DNA of 63,102 bases, the filler included. It is 10 parts of 10 records of this genome, joined end to end, with 100 filler letters (N's around TTAATTAATTAA, not from the genome) between each part and the next. Parts side by side here need not be neighbours in the genome. Positions count along the whole stretch, not along the records: positions 1 to 5,477 come from SRR15195285_338; positions 5,578 to 10,237 come from SRR15195285_345; positions 10,338 to 14,986 come from SRR15195285_348; 7 more parts are not named here. One strand, given 5' to 3'. Position numbers and translations under genes: made by a program. Shown one piece after another: positions 1-10,671 of this stretch. The notes under the pieces are model-generated. The model made no database searches, was not told where the DNA came from, and was given only the letters and a program-made list of their open reading frames with translations. Within the stretch, counting starts at the first letter, position 1. The number at the start of each line of letters is the position of its first letter.

Positions 1-348
1 AGCGGCGTACGGACGCTGTCGTTCGGCGCTTTCCCTACTTGGAGACGGCGCTGCTCGTTCTTCGCTGCTGGGGAGTCGGTCGACCTGACTGAGGTGGGGT
101 TGTCACACTCGAGGGAGAGAGGGGGAGAAGGAGAGAGAGGTGGCTGAAGTGGATGGGTCGGGGGTACGGTTGATGCCTGGTGAGGGGGTGGCTGCTGGAG
201 AGACATTGGGCAGCTCGACGAAGCTACCGCCGCTGCGAACGACCGGCGGGGTGGTGCAGTCGCCCCTTCCCGCTTCTTCCGTGGAGCTGGCGGGGGTTGG
301 TACGGCGGCTGGTGGTGAGAGTGGGGGCGGAGTGATGTCTGAGACAGC
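1..348 (-). CDS. Possible partial exon of a low-complexity Ser/Pro-rich protein running off the contig end
   Basis: A minus-strand frame reads ...ECDNPTSVRSTDSPAAKNEQRRLQVGKAPNDSVRTP to position 1. A branch/acceptor-like CTGAC...CGCAG lies near 349-368. No recognisable domain. Confidence 0.3.
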
Positions 349-747
349 TGCGAAGTATCAGGTCAGTCCGGTGCGCCGTCTGCACGGCGCGCGCGAGCCA
401 CCGCGCCGTTCATTCGGCGCCGAAATGCAGACGACGTTGGACTGAGCCCGCGTGTGTGCTGCGCCCGCAGGATGATGCGGTGAAGCCGACCAGCATGCAG
501 CTGAACACAGCGGTGCGCCCCTTTTCTCCCCGCCCCGCCTCCCAACCGCTACCCCGTCCCTCCTGGCGGCGCACCGCCCTCCGCCCTCCCGGCGCGCGCA
601 CCGCACGCACACCCAGCATGGTGCCGCACGGCAGCCACCACGTGCTGACAGAACGCGTGTGCTCGTCAGGGATCGGATGAAACGACTGGGCTCGTCGGCA
701 CCCCCTCGCCGAAGAGCCCGGCAGGCTCGCAAGACCTGTTCAAGGCC

Positions 748-3306
748 ATGGACGAGCAGAAAAACAAGGTGTATTCAAACCCAGTTCTTGCTGCGCTGTG
801 CAAGATCTGGGGCTCATCGCTGCATCCTTACGGGCAGTTCCACAGTGTGTGGGACGTCATGATCCTCTGCCTGGTGTTCTTCTCGGCGGTGTGGGAGCCG
901 ATGAAGGCGGGCTTTTTTAGCGGCGAAATGTCGTGGTGGGAGTGGTGTATCGATATCACATTCTACGTCGACATCATTCTGGCGTTCTGGACTGGCTATG
1001 ACTGCGGATTCGAGATCGTTACGGATAAGCGGATGATTGCGAGTCGGTACTTGAAAGGCTGGTTTATTATTGACGCAGGCGCGACAATCGAGTGGGACCT
1101 GATCGTAGGGTTCCTGTTGCCTGCCACGAACACGTCAGTTGTGCGCCTGTGCAAGCTGATCAAGATCGCTCGCCTTGCCCGTGCGTCGCGGCTGATCAAC
1201 CGCCTGACAAGCACGTGGACGATCAACACCGCTTACATCGAGGCGATTAAGTTCTTCGTCTATGTTTTGATCTGCGCTCATATCTTGGCCTGCTTCTTCT
1301 TTATGTTTCCTGGGCTGGTCGGCGACAACGTCGACGAGAGCGTGTGTCGCTGCTACAGAAAAATTGGCGAACCCGGATACGGAGAGGACAACTGCGCCGA
1401 CCCGGCTGTGCAGTATGGCACGTGCACCAAGGCTGGGCAGGTTGTCGACCGCAACCAGGGACTGGGAACCAGCAAGACGTCCAGTGAGGAGAACGGGGCA
1501 CTGACGCACGACAACCTCATCACTGCCTACCCAGCCGGGAACTGGATAGAGGATCGACACTGCCCAGATGGTACCTGGGATCAAGTCGAATACGCCTGTA
1601 CTGATGGTACTCTGGACCAGGACGCTCTGCAAGTCGATCTGCAGACCGAGTGTACAGCTGCGGGCGGCGTGTGGTTGCCACCACCCCTCGTCGACACTTG
1701 GTTTGATTTCGTCCACAGCAAGCAGGCTGCCGGATACGACAAGAACGATATTTGTGCGGACGCTGGGTATGAAGAGGACGAGGACCCTGAGACTGGGCGC
1801 GTTCGCACTACATGTGAGAATATGTGCCTTGACCATGGGAATGTTTGGGAGCCCGCGCGCGGTGGCTCAGGCCCCTGGGCGGGCGACACAGAGGCATACT
1901 GCGGGGATATGCCGCACATCTTCTCGTGTTCCTGGCGCTTGATGCGAGGCGGCTCAGATGGGATGGTAGGTGACCTCCCACTGCCGACTTCGCAGTACCT
2001 CCAGTCTATGTACTGGTCGATGACTACGATGACTACGATTGGTTACGGCGATCGATTCCCGAACACTGAGGCCGAAACCGTCCTCTGCATGGTCTGTGAG
2101 ATCATTGGATTGTCGTTCTTCGCGTTGCTGCTGACGCAGATCAACAACCTCAATGATGTCCTTGGCAAAACAGTACAGGATTCAAATGACATCAAGAACG
2201 AGATTGTTGGCTTCATGAAGTACAACGATCTGCCGTTCTCATTGATTGAAGACGTCATCCACTACCTGAATTTCAAGGCCAGCTCCATTTCTGGTTTATA
2301 CTTCGAAGACGACGACCCACGTTTCGAGTCGTTGTCTGTCGAGCTGAAAAAGCTCCTCAAGATTCGGTTGCTCACACCGGCATTGCAGCGTGTCAAGATG
2401 TTCGGTTACTCGAAAGAAGACGAGAAGGAGAGGGAGCGGGTGCGGGTGATGTTTCAGAAGACCGACACTGACAACGGTGGTTTCTTGGACAAGGACGAGA
2501 TTCACGGCCTGACGAAGCGGCTGAAAATTGAATTCACGCCGGAGCAGCTCAATCAGGCCATGAACGAGATGGACCCAGACGGCAACAACGAGGTTGGCTT
2601 TGAGGAGTTTGAGTCGTGGTGGTTCCTTAAACGAAATGGGGTGAGGCGCCAAGCACCAGCGCCGATCCCTTTTCTACAGGAGTTAGCGGCAACCGTGGTG
2701 GTGTCGGCATGCTCTCCATCGGATCCAATCCTTGAATGTGGCGAGTACGGCACGCACTTGCACATAGTCTTAACTGGCTCAGCAGAAGTAGTACAACGCG
2801 ATCCACTGTGGCGCGAAGGAAAAACTGAACATGAGGTGATCCAGCGGAGCATCAGACATGACCACCGCGAGCCGGTGTTCGGTCTACCAGCGTTATTGGA
2901 ACGGCCTTCTGACCGGCAGGTACTAGCAAAGACCACCCAAGAGTGGTTCGCTCGGGCGTCAAAAACTGCGCCGGACGGATTTTGCGACATTGCCGTCATA
3001 GAGGGCTCTGTCGTCCGGGCTCTGGTCCAAGAGCACTGGAAGGAGGACGAGAATGACGGTACAAAGATCTGGCTCGCGGTTGCCAAGAACCAGTACCATT
3101 CGATCTGGCACGAGGAAGAGCTGGAGAATGCGCATAGGCGAGCAAGTGTCAGTGGCCTTGGGGCTAATATGAGCGAGGCCGAGAGAATTGCGGCACTTGA
3201 GAAGCGAGTAGACCAGTCGCTGGAGCAGCTGAGAAAGGAGGTGGATACCACTATCGGCGCCATAGGCTCCAAACTGGATGCGCTGATAGCTAATCAGGCG
3301 GGCTGA
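748..3306 (+). CDS. EAG/ERG/CNG-superfamily 6TM potassium channel with Cys-rich extracellular insert, EF-hand pair and cNMP-binding-like domain
   Basis: 852-aa single-exon ORF. S1-S3 (WDVMILCLVFFS...IASRYLKGWFIIDA), S4 (VRLCKLIKIARLARASRL), K+ filter TMTTIGYGD (GYGD at 2041-2052), C-linker, EF-hands DTDNGGFLDKDE and DPDGNNEVGFEE, CNBD-like GEYGTHLHIVLTGSAEVV...VFG, C-terminal coiled coil. Confidence 0.9.
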   Translation: MDEQKNKVYSNPVLAALCKIWGSSLHPYGQFHSVWDVMILCLVFFSAVWEPMKAGFFSGEMSWWEWCIDITFYVDIILAFWTGYDCGFEIVTDKRMIASRYLKGWFIIDAGATIEWDLIVGFLLPATNTSVVRLCKLIKIARLARASRLINRLTSTWTINTAYIEAIKFFVYVLICAHILACFFFMFPGLVGDNVDESVCRCYRKIGEPGYGEDNCADPAVQYGTCTKAGQVVDRNQGLGTSKTSSEENGALTHDNLITAYPAGNWIEDRHCPDGTWDQVEYACTDGTLDQDALQVDLQTECTAAGGVWLPPPLVDTWFDFVHSKQAAGYDKNDICADAGYEEDEDPETGRVRTTCENMCLDHGNVWEPARGGSGPWAGDTEAYCGDMPHIFSCSWRLMRGGSDGMVGDLPLPTSQYLQSMYWSMTTMTTIGYGDRFPNTEAETVLCMVCEIIGLSFFALLLTQINNLNDVLGKTVQDSNDIKNEIVGFMKYNDLPFSLIEDVIHYLNFKASSISGLYFEDDDPRFESLSVELKKLLKIRLLTPALQRVKMFGYSKEDEKERERVRVMFQKTDTDNGGFLDKDEIHGLTKRLKIEFTPEQLNQAMNEMDPDGNNEVGFEEFESWWFLKRNGVRRQAPAPIPFLQELAATVVVSACSPSDPILECGEYGTHLHIVLTGSAEVVQRDPLWREGKTEHEVIQRSIRHDHREPVFGLPALLERPSDRQVLAKTTQEWFARASKTAPDGFCDIAVIEGSVVRALVQEHWKEDENDGTKIWLAVAKNQYHSIWHEEELENAHRRASVSGLGANMSEAERIAALEKRVDQSLEQLRKEVDTTIGAIGSKLDALIANQAG

Positions 3307-3666
3307 GTCGCCGGCTTGCGGAGTGGCGGAACGGAACCTGCCAGGTAGGCAGGCTGTGCGAGCGGACGATTCGCAGCCACTGTTGTGACTTATTTGTGAA
3401 AAATCAAACACCATTGATTATTCCGTACAGCAGCAACTCAAGCGTCTCGTCAATAAGTGTCCTTTAGCTTCTCAAGGTCTTCCGCGTACCTAGCACTGCC
3501 TGAGCTGATATCGCTAAGAGCTAGATGACACGATGATATGTACTGCTCGGCGAGACCTCTCACGGCGCTGATGCCGCCCTTACTGTTGTGACGACATACC
3601 TGCGTAGTTGTGTGCTGCGGCCACCTGATCCCAATCCGGGTTGAGTGTTGGGCTAGTCTCTGTCTT

Positions 3667-4651
3667 TCACTTGTAGCCGAGGATCCTAACCACTGCCGGT
3701 GTCGACACGATCACGATCGGCAGTCGCAGAGGTTCAAGCATTTCATTGCACGCTATGGTCATTGCCACTGTGCCAAGCTGCTCAGCAAGTCAACGGCCAT
3801 CCGGTCGAGCGCGGGTCAGTCGAGCGCAGGCACGCAGGCACGCAGGCAGTGCGGCAGTGCGGCAGTGCGGCAGTGCTGCAGGTAGGCACGCAGGCACGCA
3901 GGCACGCAGGCGCAGGAGGGCAGCCACACGGAGACTCACAGTGGGATCGATATCTGGAAGACGTAAGGCTAGCTGTGTGCCCAGCAAGAGGTCCAGCTGC
4001 CCGATGACCTGTACCACATCTACTTCTCCGTACTACAGTGCGAGGAGCATAGTCAGCAGCGCGTGACCAGTCAGCGGACAGTTGGCTCCTCTAGAGGTGC
4101 AAAGGACCGCAAGGCTGCAATAATTGGAAGCGTGGTACAGGGCACGCACAGAAATGGCCGAGAAGATCCCCACGCCTGTCGCCAGCCATACTGCTGTCCA
4201 CCACACCATGAACGGCAGCCCGTAGTCTCGCCCCATCGCCTTGAACCGACCTCTAAGTGTGTACAGCTCGCCACTCAGCACTGCGCGTCTTCGCGTTAAA
4301 ATCTTTATCTCTCTATCTAGCTCATCTATGGCAGCCTCGCGTTGTGCCGCAGGCATGTTGTGCGCCTCCCTGCGCTCTCGCTCCTCCGTCTCTGACCGCG
4401 GCGATCCAAAACTGCATCCACCGCACCGGCACATAAGGTCAGGCCGTAGAGCAGGATGCGCGGTCTCCAGCGTCAGAGAAGGTCAGGACGCACATCGAAA
4501 ACGACCGCCTGTGGCACTGCACCATCACCACAGGAGACACCATTGCCTGCCTGCCGCCAAGTGACTGCCTGCAGCAGCCTCCTCGACGTACTACGGGCCG
4601 GTGCGCCCATGGCGACGACGGCCTGATCACCGCTGCCCTCACCCGCCACAT
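3667..4651 (-). CDS. FAM210/DUF1279-family mitochondrial membrane protein (4 exons)
   Basis: Spliced reading: Arg-rich presequence MWRVRAAVIRP... | ...FKAMGRDYGLPFMVWWTAVWLATGVGIFSAIS | YGEVDVVQVIG...DIDPT | LGTVAMTIACNEMLEPLRLPIVIVSTPAVVRILGYK*. Matches the DUF1279 pattern. Introns have GTGCGT/GTGAGT donors and AG acceptors. Confidence 0.8.
3825..3915. repeat. Tandem 8-mer repeats (GCAGGCAC)n and (GGCAGTGC)n within the last FAM210 intron
   Basis: Read directly: gcaggcac gcaggcac gcaggcagtgc ggcagtgc ggcagtgc ... gcaggcac gcaggcac. Confidence 0.85.
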
Positions 4652-5477
4652 CCCACCTGCTGCACTCCTCTCGCTGTGCTGTCTCAGACCGCCCACCTCG
4701 CTCCCAGCTCTCAACGCCACGTCACCACAGCGCAGCCTCACCAAGCCGTTACGCAACCGTTACGCAGCGCCCGTTCAACTCAGTTGATGAAGCCTATCGG
4801 ACCGCCTCTGCCCAACCGATCATTTCACAGCAGCCAAAAATTAACACCAATTTCGCGACTAATGCGCGAAAATTAGGCAGCGACTCGAGGCGGTGAGAGC
4901 GGCCCGGTCGAATCCTCAGTGATTTTCAGTAGGGTACCTTTTCGCAGTTTCAACGCACCATTTTCGCTGCGATCGACGATACCCTCAGATGTTGGAATCC
5001 CCAACAGACCCGACACTTGGGGACAGCTGTACACAGTACGGTACTACTAGTACTGAGGTAATGGTACCATTCATGAACAGCGCTACGTACTTCGTATCTA
5101 TGAATCCTACTGGTACAGTCGGGATGGTCAGCAAATCACTAGTCTGGCTCGCGAGCCGGCTTGAGGAAAACCGAGGCATGGCCCCCGCGCGCCAACGCGC
5201 TGTCCATCGTCTGATCGAGATGACGCCGGCGGAGGGCGGAGGGCCGGAGGCCACATCACCAAGAATTCATATGTTCAGGATTCTTTTATACCGTATATGA
5301 GCAGAATACGAATCAAAATTCTCATCAGAACTCTCGACCCGGGACCCACGTCCCGCGGGCGACCCGGACTTGTTGTGGATAGTAGTACATTTTCGGCTCG
5401 ACTTGATACATACCGGCGCGCGTCCGACGCGCGCCGCCCCCGGCGCCCGCCCGCACACCTACCTTAAATCACCCATC

Positions 5478-5577
5478 NNNNNNNNNNNNNNNNNNNNNNN
5501 NNNNNNNNNNNNNNNNNNNNNTTAATTAATTAANNNNNNNNNNNNNNNNNNNNNNNNNNNNNNNNNNNNNNNNNNNN
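5478..5577. other. Artificial contig linker
   Basis: 44 N + TTAATTAATTAA (stops in all six frames) + 44 N. Confidence 0.99.
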
Positions 5578-8067
5578 CATCACGCTGATAATGTTTGGGA
5601 ACATTCTACAGGTATACCATCATTTCAGTGTCAGTCTCAGTGCCGCTGACCTCCTGGGTGGATCGATGAGCCATGTAGCTCATGGTACTTGTTGATGCGC
5701 TAAGCGTCGTGTGGAAGAATGTTAAACAATCTCACAAAGTTCCGATTTGCGTGTGCAGTTCATTGCTATGATATGGTTTATCATGATGGGCTTCGGGACG
5801 GCGTTCATTCTACTGCACTTCGATGACCGTGATAACTTCTCTACCGGCATCGCGACGATATATCGGGTGTTCTGGAGTGGCACGCTCGGAGAGAGCTTTG
5901 ACACCACTGGCACTTCGCACATACAAGATAGATCGTTTTGACATGTCAAATGCTAGCTTTGCAAGGACGGACACAAGACCACACAGAACTGTCTCACACC
6001 TTGTTGGATGGAACAGGCGATGCCGAGACCAGTGTGATGTGCGCAGAGTCCGGACCCTTTCTTACAGGTAAGAGCACACCATTTCTGCGTCTTCTCAGAT
6101 GAGGCAACCTCTACCGATTGAATTGCCAAGTAATGTTTGGCAGCCAGCATTTCGTGTGCCACTCGACATATCTGGACTATCTTTGTTCCTAACATCTTCA
6201 CGGCATAATTCAGGCTTGACGGAGGCCAACTTTGAATGTCGTGACATCTTTTTTAAAGACTTTCTTATGAAGGTCTACATGTTCCTCATGTTAGTGGTCT
6301 TCATGAATCTTTTGTGCGTGTGCCCCTGTCACCGGCACCGTGGCTGTCATCACCTGCGCCTGCGAATAGGTCAACGTAGCATCACTAAAACTCTTCACCT
6401 TAAACAGCTGTCACGATCTGTGTGGCTGGCTGCAGGATCGCAATGTTGAGCAAGACATATGAAGACGTCGAGGCCAAGGCCTTTCTTCAGTGGAGACTAC
6501 TTCTTGCACAAACGACCATGGAATACTATGAAAATGTCCAGCATGTTAGCGAACTCGCGCCTTTCAATCTAGTCACAGTGCCATTTAGCCTGCTGATTGG
6601 ACTCCTACAGGTGCGCAGGCATCTCACACATATAGACTTCAGATATTTTGGCAGCGAGACTCCAGACAATTAGCAACTCTCCTTTTACACACAGGGATCT
6701 AAATCACTGTTTGCAGGTGTGCTGGCGTGTCCTCGAGTGGACACAAGACCCAGATCGTAGCGCATGTGCAAGCATATGTGGAGGGGTATTCCACAGATGC
6801 TTCAAGTACTGGTTTGACGAGCAGTCGAACGACGACGACTTTGACGAAAGCGGGCAGTCTGACACACTGTGGGCGCACTTCCGCCCGCCGTGGCGTAAGA
6901 TCCCAGGCGAAGTGGATGTGAGCTTCAAGTGAGTACCTTCAGGTTGCCATAACTGTAGTGCATCCGAAGTGCAGTCTCTAGTCTGCAGTCGGCTGCTTTG
7001 ATGAGCTCACCGTATATTGCCCCACTACAATGGCAGTATCAGCCAATCTTACCTACCTGCTAGGAATGTCTAGCTGGTAGTTGGTATACAGCTGTACCTG
7101 TTAGAGAGATTTTGTCCAAGCAGACCTCCTGCTGAAGATGCAACTTCTCTAAGCTGCCTTTTCATGCGTCTGTAGGTACGGTGGGCAGACGCTGGGTGGC
7201 GTGGAGACGTTGAGTCGGCGGTCATTGTACCTTGAAGAGGCTGTGGGGTACTTCCAGGAGGAATTGCGCAGTCTCTCAGAGCTCCATCCGCTGGAACAGG
7301 CGAGCAAGCCAGGCGAGGCAGCTATGTTCGTGAGCTACAATTCGCAGTAGCACTGTAGCACGACCAGCACCCCCATTGCAATTTGGGCAGCCAAACTCCC
7401 TACTGCACTCCTGATGCTAAGCATGGTTCCTTTGGCTTTGACAGGACGCGAGTGCGCAGCTATCTTACCGAGACAGCGACTCCCACCCTCGCGCATTTGG
7501 AGTACTTAAAGCCTGGCTCTCGACCGAACGCGGCGCCAAGCTCGCAGCGCCAGAGCGTGATCTGCTGGATGTGACACTGAAGAAGGCAACGCCACTGCAA
7601 CTGCGCACCGGCGGCGTCGCCGGGAATGGGATGTATGACGACGATATGCTTGACTCTGCGACGGATCCACAGGTTGGATTTGATATCGGCAGTGTGCCAG
7701 GACCGGTGTGCACCATGTACCTTTGACTTGTTGGGCAAAAGGACTTTGCTTAAGCTGAACCTGCCCGTGAATTCTGGCGTGTGTGCGATTTATGGAACGG
7801 TAGGGAGACAAGCGTCGATTCATTCCTATTAAGTTTGACGATCGTGCTTTGCACGTCATTGCCTCCAACGAACTGTACGAGATGCTAGAGGTGAAGCCCG
7901 AGGCGCGAGTTTTCTTCTCATCTGCCAACTTGCACAGTCGGTGGCTCGATACGATGGAGAACGACCGCACTAAGTCAGTGGACGGCGGGTTGCAGGCCAT
8001 TCTAGAACAAATTATGCTTCAAGGTGAGGCGCAGTCTGGGTCGGGTTTGTTCAGGCCCGGCCCATGA
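5578..8067 (+). CDS. TRP-like cation channel, 5'-partial and multi-exon (S5-pore-S6, TRP box, C-terminal tail)
   Basis: Exons encode FIAMIWFIMMGFGTAFILLH (S5), DFLMKVYMFLMLVVFMNLL | IAMLSKTYEDVEAKAFLQWRLLLAQ...ELAPFNLV (S6, TRP-box-like and PFNL motifs). Several short GT-AG introns. The 3' exon structure is uncertain. Confidence 0.7.
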
Positions 8068-8185
8068 TGCGGTTGCTAGGCACGTCATCAGGGCCGAGGT
8101 ATCATTCCAGTGTACGTGGAGAAAGGACCATTTTTCTGGGCAGCTTATTGATAATTATATGGATATTGCTCCACTCATCTACTTC

Positions 8186-10237
8186 TTACAGGTTGTTTTC
8201 CACAAATTGCAACGCAGCTGTGACGCCTGCAGCTGCGCTCTCTGAGTCCGTCTTGCCCTCCAGCCATGCGATCAGACTTGCGCCAACCGCTGCCACAACG
8301 GGGGGGCTCACCTGCCATGCCAGCAAGATCAGAACTCGAGATAGCTCAACACAGCAAACTAGATGACAGCACAGAGCATCATTGCGAAGAGTGGCAAAAA
8401 TACCGATCGCAATATGATGGCTAAAGTATGGATCTAGGTGCCAGGTACGCACTGCATTTCCTAGTTGGTGATAGAGCCGCCCTGGGTCAAGGCCATCCAG
8501 CACAAAGCTCTCAGGAAAGCCCTGCAGTCGCGCAACCTCGCGCGGCGTAAAAAATCGTGGCAGCTGGCGACCACATCTACTGCCTTGTACAACACTTCCA
8601 TCGTCGCTGCTGCTACTACCAACACCATTTGTAGTGGTAGCGGGTGATCTTGTTGGGGATAGCACGGGCACAAATTGAGAGTACAGTGCCCAGCCTCGCT
8701 TGTACGAAGAGCCGACTGTCTGTGCTTTGGCTCCCAGGTCCGCAACCCGCGCTGTGGGATGTTTCGAGTAGTAACTCGAACCTGAAATCTTTGCCCACCG
8801 ATGTTCATCTAGGGCAAGAGAAGCAGGGACTGTCTCCTCAGGTTCAAGAATGTCTCCTACAGTTCTGTTTAGATTCGGTAGCTCGGGCCATGGAAACTTG
8901 AAAATGGTGGATTCGTTTGTCTCTGTGACCCCTTCCGATGTTTGCGCTGCTGGTTTGACGCTGCAGGAGGTCGCTGATCCATCCGTTGTCTCTACCCCGG
9001 GACCACTACTGACAGAGACGTGTGCACCCTCTTGGACCAGCGCCAAGCTGGGTAGTCGCCGCCCGTGGACGAGGTCAGCTCGGACCGCGATGAAGTACAG
9101 TCGCTCCCGGTGTTGTGCTAACACTGTTGAGCTGTTGAGCAACGTGTAATCAACACAGTAGCCAATTGCCCTAATGCCTCTGATAATTGTAGCCAGAGTG
9201 TTGCCACCGTCAATGGTAAGTAAGCCGCGGACGTTCTCAAGAATTAACGCAGCCGGTCTGTACACACAATGGCACACACCAACAACGCATAAATCAGCAG
9301 CGTGATTGAACAACCGAGATGTTGCAGAAGACAGCTTGTTTGTTCTCAGGATGAACATATCGAGTTTGAGCTGCCGTACCGGGTAGCGTTGGCAATGCGC
9401 AGTACATGCCAGATTAAATTCCCTCTAGTTTCATCGTTAAGCCCCAGCCGACCATCTGATCCGCTATCTCTGCCGCCATGTCGCGCCCCCAGCTGTGAGA
9501 AGGACTGGCAGGGGAACCCAGCCGTGAGAATGTGATGGGGGGGCACGTCCATGGCACACAGTTCAGTCACATCCTGTCAACGAGACCAAAGTAACGAAAG
9601 AGTGAGCACTGAAAAGCTCCTGCATTGTGGCAACCGTAAGCGTAAGCGATATTTCCGTATGAGTTGTGTGGCCACCCTGGATGACTGATACCTGTCGCAG
9701 AACTTACGGATTGCACTGCAACGCCCTCCTCGGGAAAGTTCTTACGGACCGTAAGCTGGCAAAACCGATCCTGCTCAGCCATTAGCACGCATCGCCCACC
9801 GATCGACTCTAAGCCGAGCCGAAAGCCACCAATGCCCTGAGGACCAACGCAATAGAACACCGTACAGCGGACACGTGGTGAGTATCTTGCATAATCTGTA
9901 TGCTCTCTCTGCGCGAAACCAAATTGTCTTTCCTACCGCGAATAGCTCTGCAAAGACAAACCCACGCTTCTCGCCGTTGCCGTTCCCACTAGCGTTGGCA
10001 AGGTTCTGCTTCACCGAGCCTACCGGTGGCAGCGTAAACACGGGCGCCTCTTCGGGCGCAGAAGCAGACCGGGGAAACGCTTCTCCAAGCTCAACCTCAC
10101 AGGGGAGGCCAGGACTGAACCGCACACTGCCCTCGCGGAGCATCGTAGCTAAAAGTTGTCGCGCGGCAGTGCGGCGGTGCTCAGGACATTTCTGAGTGGC
10201 GGCAACCAGTAGCTGCTGCTGCTGCTGCTGCTGCTGC
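8186..10237 (-). CDS. DNA (cytosine-5)-methyltransferase, prokaryote-like catalytic domain, intron-containing, 5'-partial
   Basis: Motif I FAELFA|GIGGFRLG (split by intron 9837-9936), IV ILTAGFPCQSFS, VI ILENVRGL, VIII QHRERLYFIA, IX RFFTPREVARLQGFP, X LYHQLGNA|VSPPVV, all in order. Confidence 0.9.
10212..10237. repeat. (CTG/CAG)n microsatellite at contig end
   Basis: gctgctgctgctgctgctgctgctgc abuts the linker. Confidence 0.95.
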
Positions 10238-10337
10238 NNNNNNNNNNNNNNNNNNNNNNNNNNNNNNNNNNNNNNNNNNNNTTAATTAATTAANNNNNNN
10301 NNNNNNNNNNNNNNNNNNNNNNNNNNNNNNNNNNNNN
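10238..10337. other. Artificial contig linker
   Basis: 44 N + TTAATTAATTAA + 44 N. Confidence 0.99.
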
Positions 10338-10671
10338 TCCTTCAGTCCTACCCGAATGTACTGTACCTCTTCGGGAGACAGCTTCTACCGTGCGGTAACA
10401 AGAGAGAAGAGTACTAGATCTAGTACCCTGTACTAGTATGATCATTGATCTGATCCTCTCCCGATGAGACCGCGCGCGCGGGGGGAGCGCGCGCGCGGCG
10501 AGGGCGGCGGCGGGGCGCGCGCGCGGGAGAACCGCGGGCTGAGTTCCGAGGGGGGACTCTCAGGGGAGGGGGGCGGCGCATCCGGTGCGGGCGGAAAAGA
10601 GGCGGCGGTGGGCGCAGACCGGTTCAGGAGCAGAGCAGATCTTCGTGGTGCACACTCCTGACGTACACACC

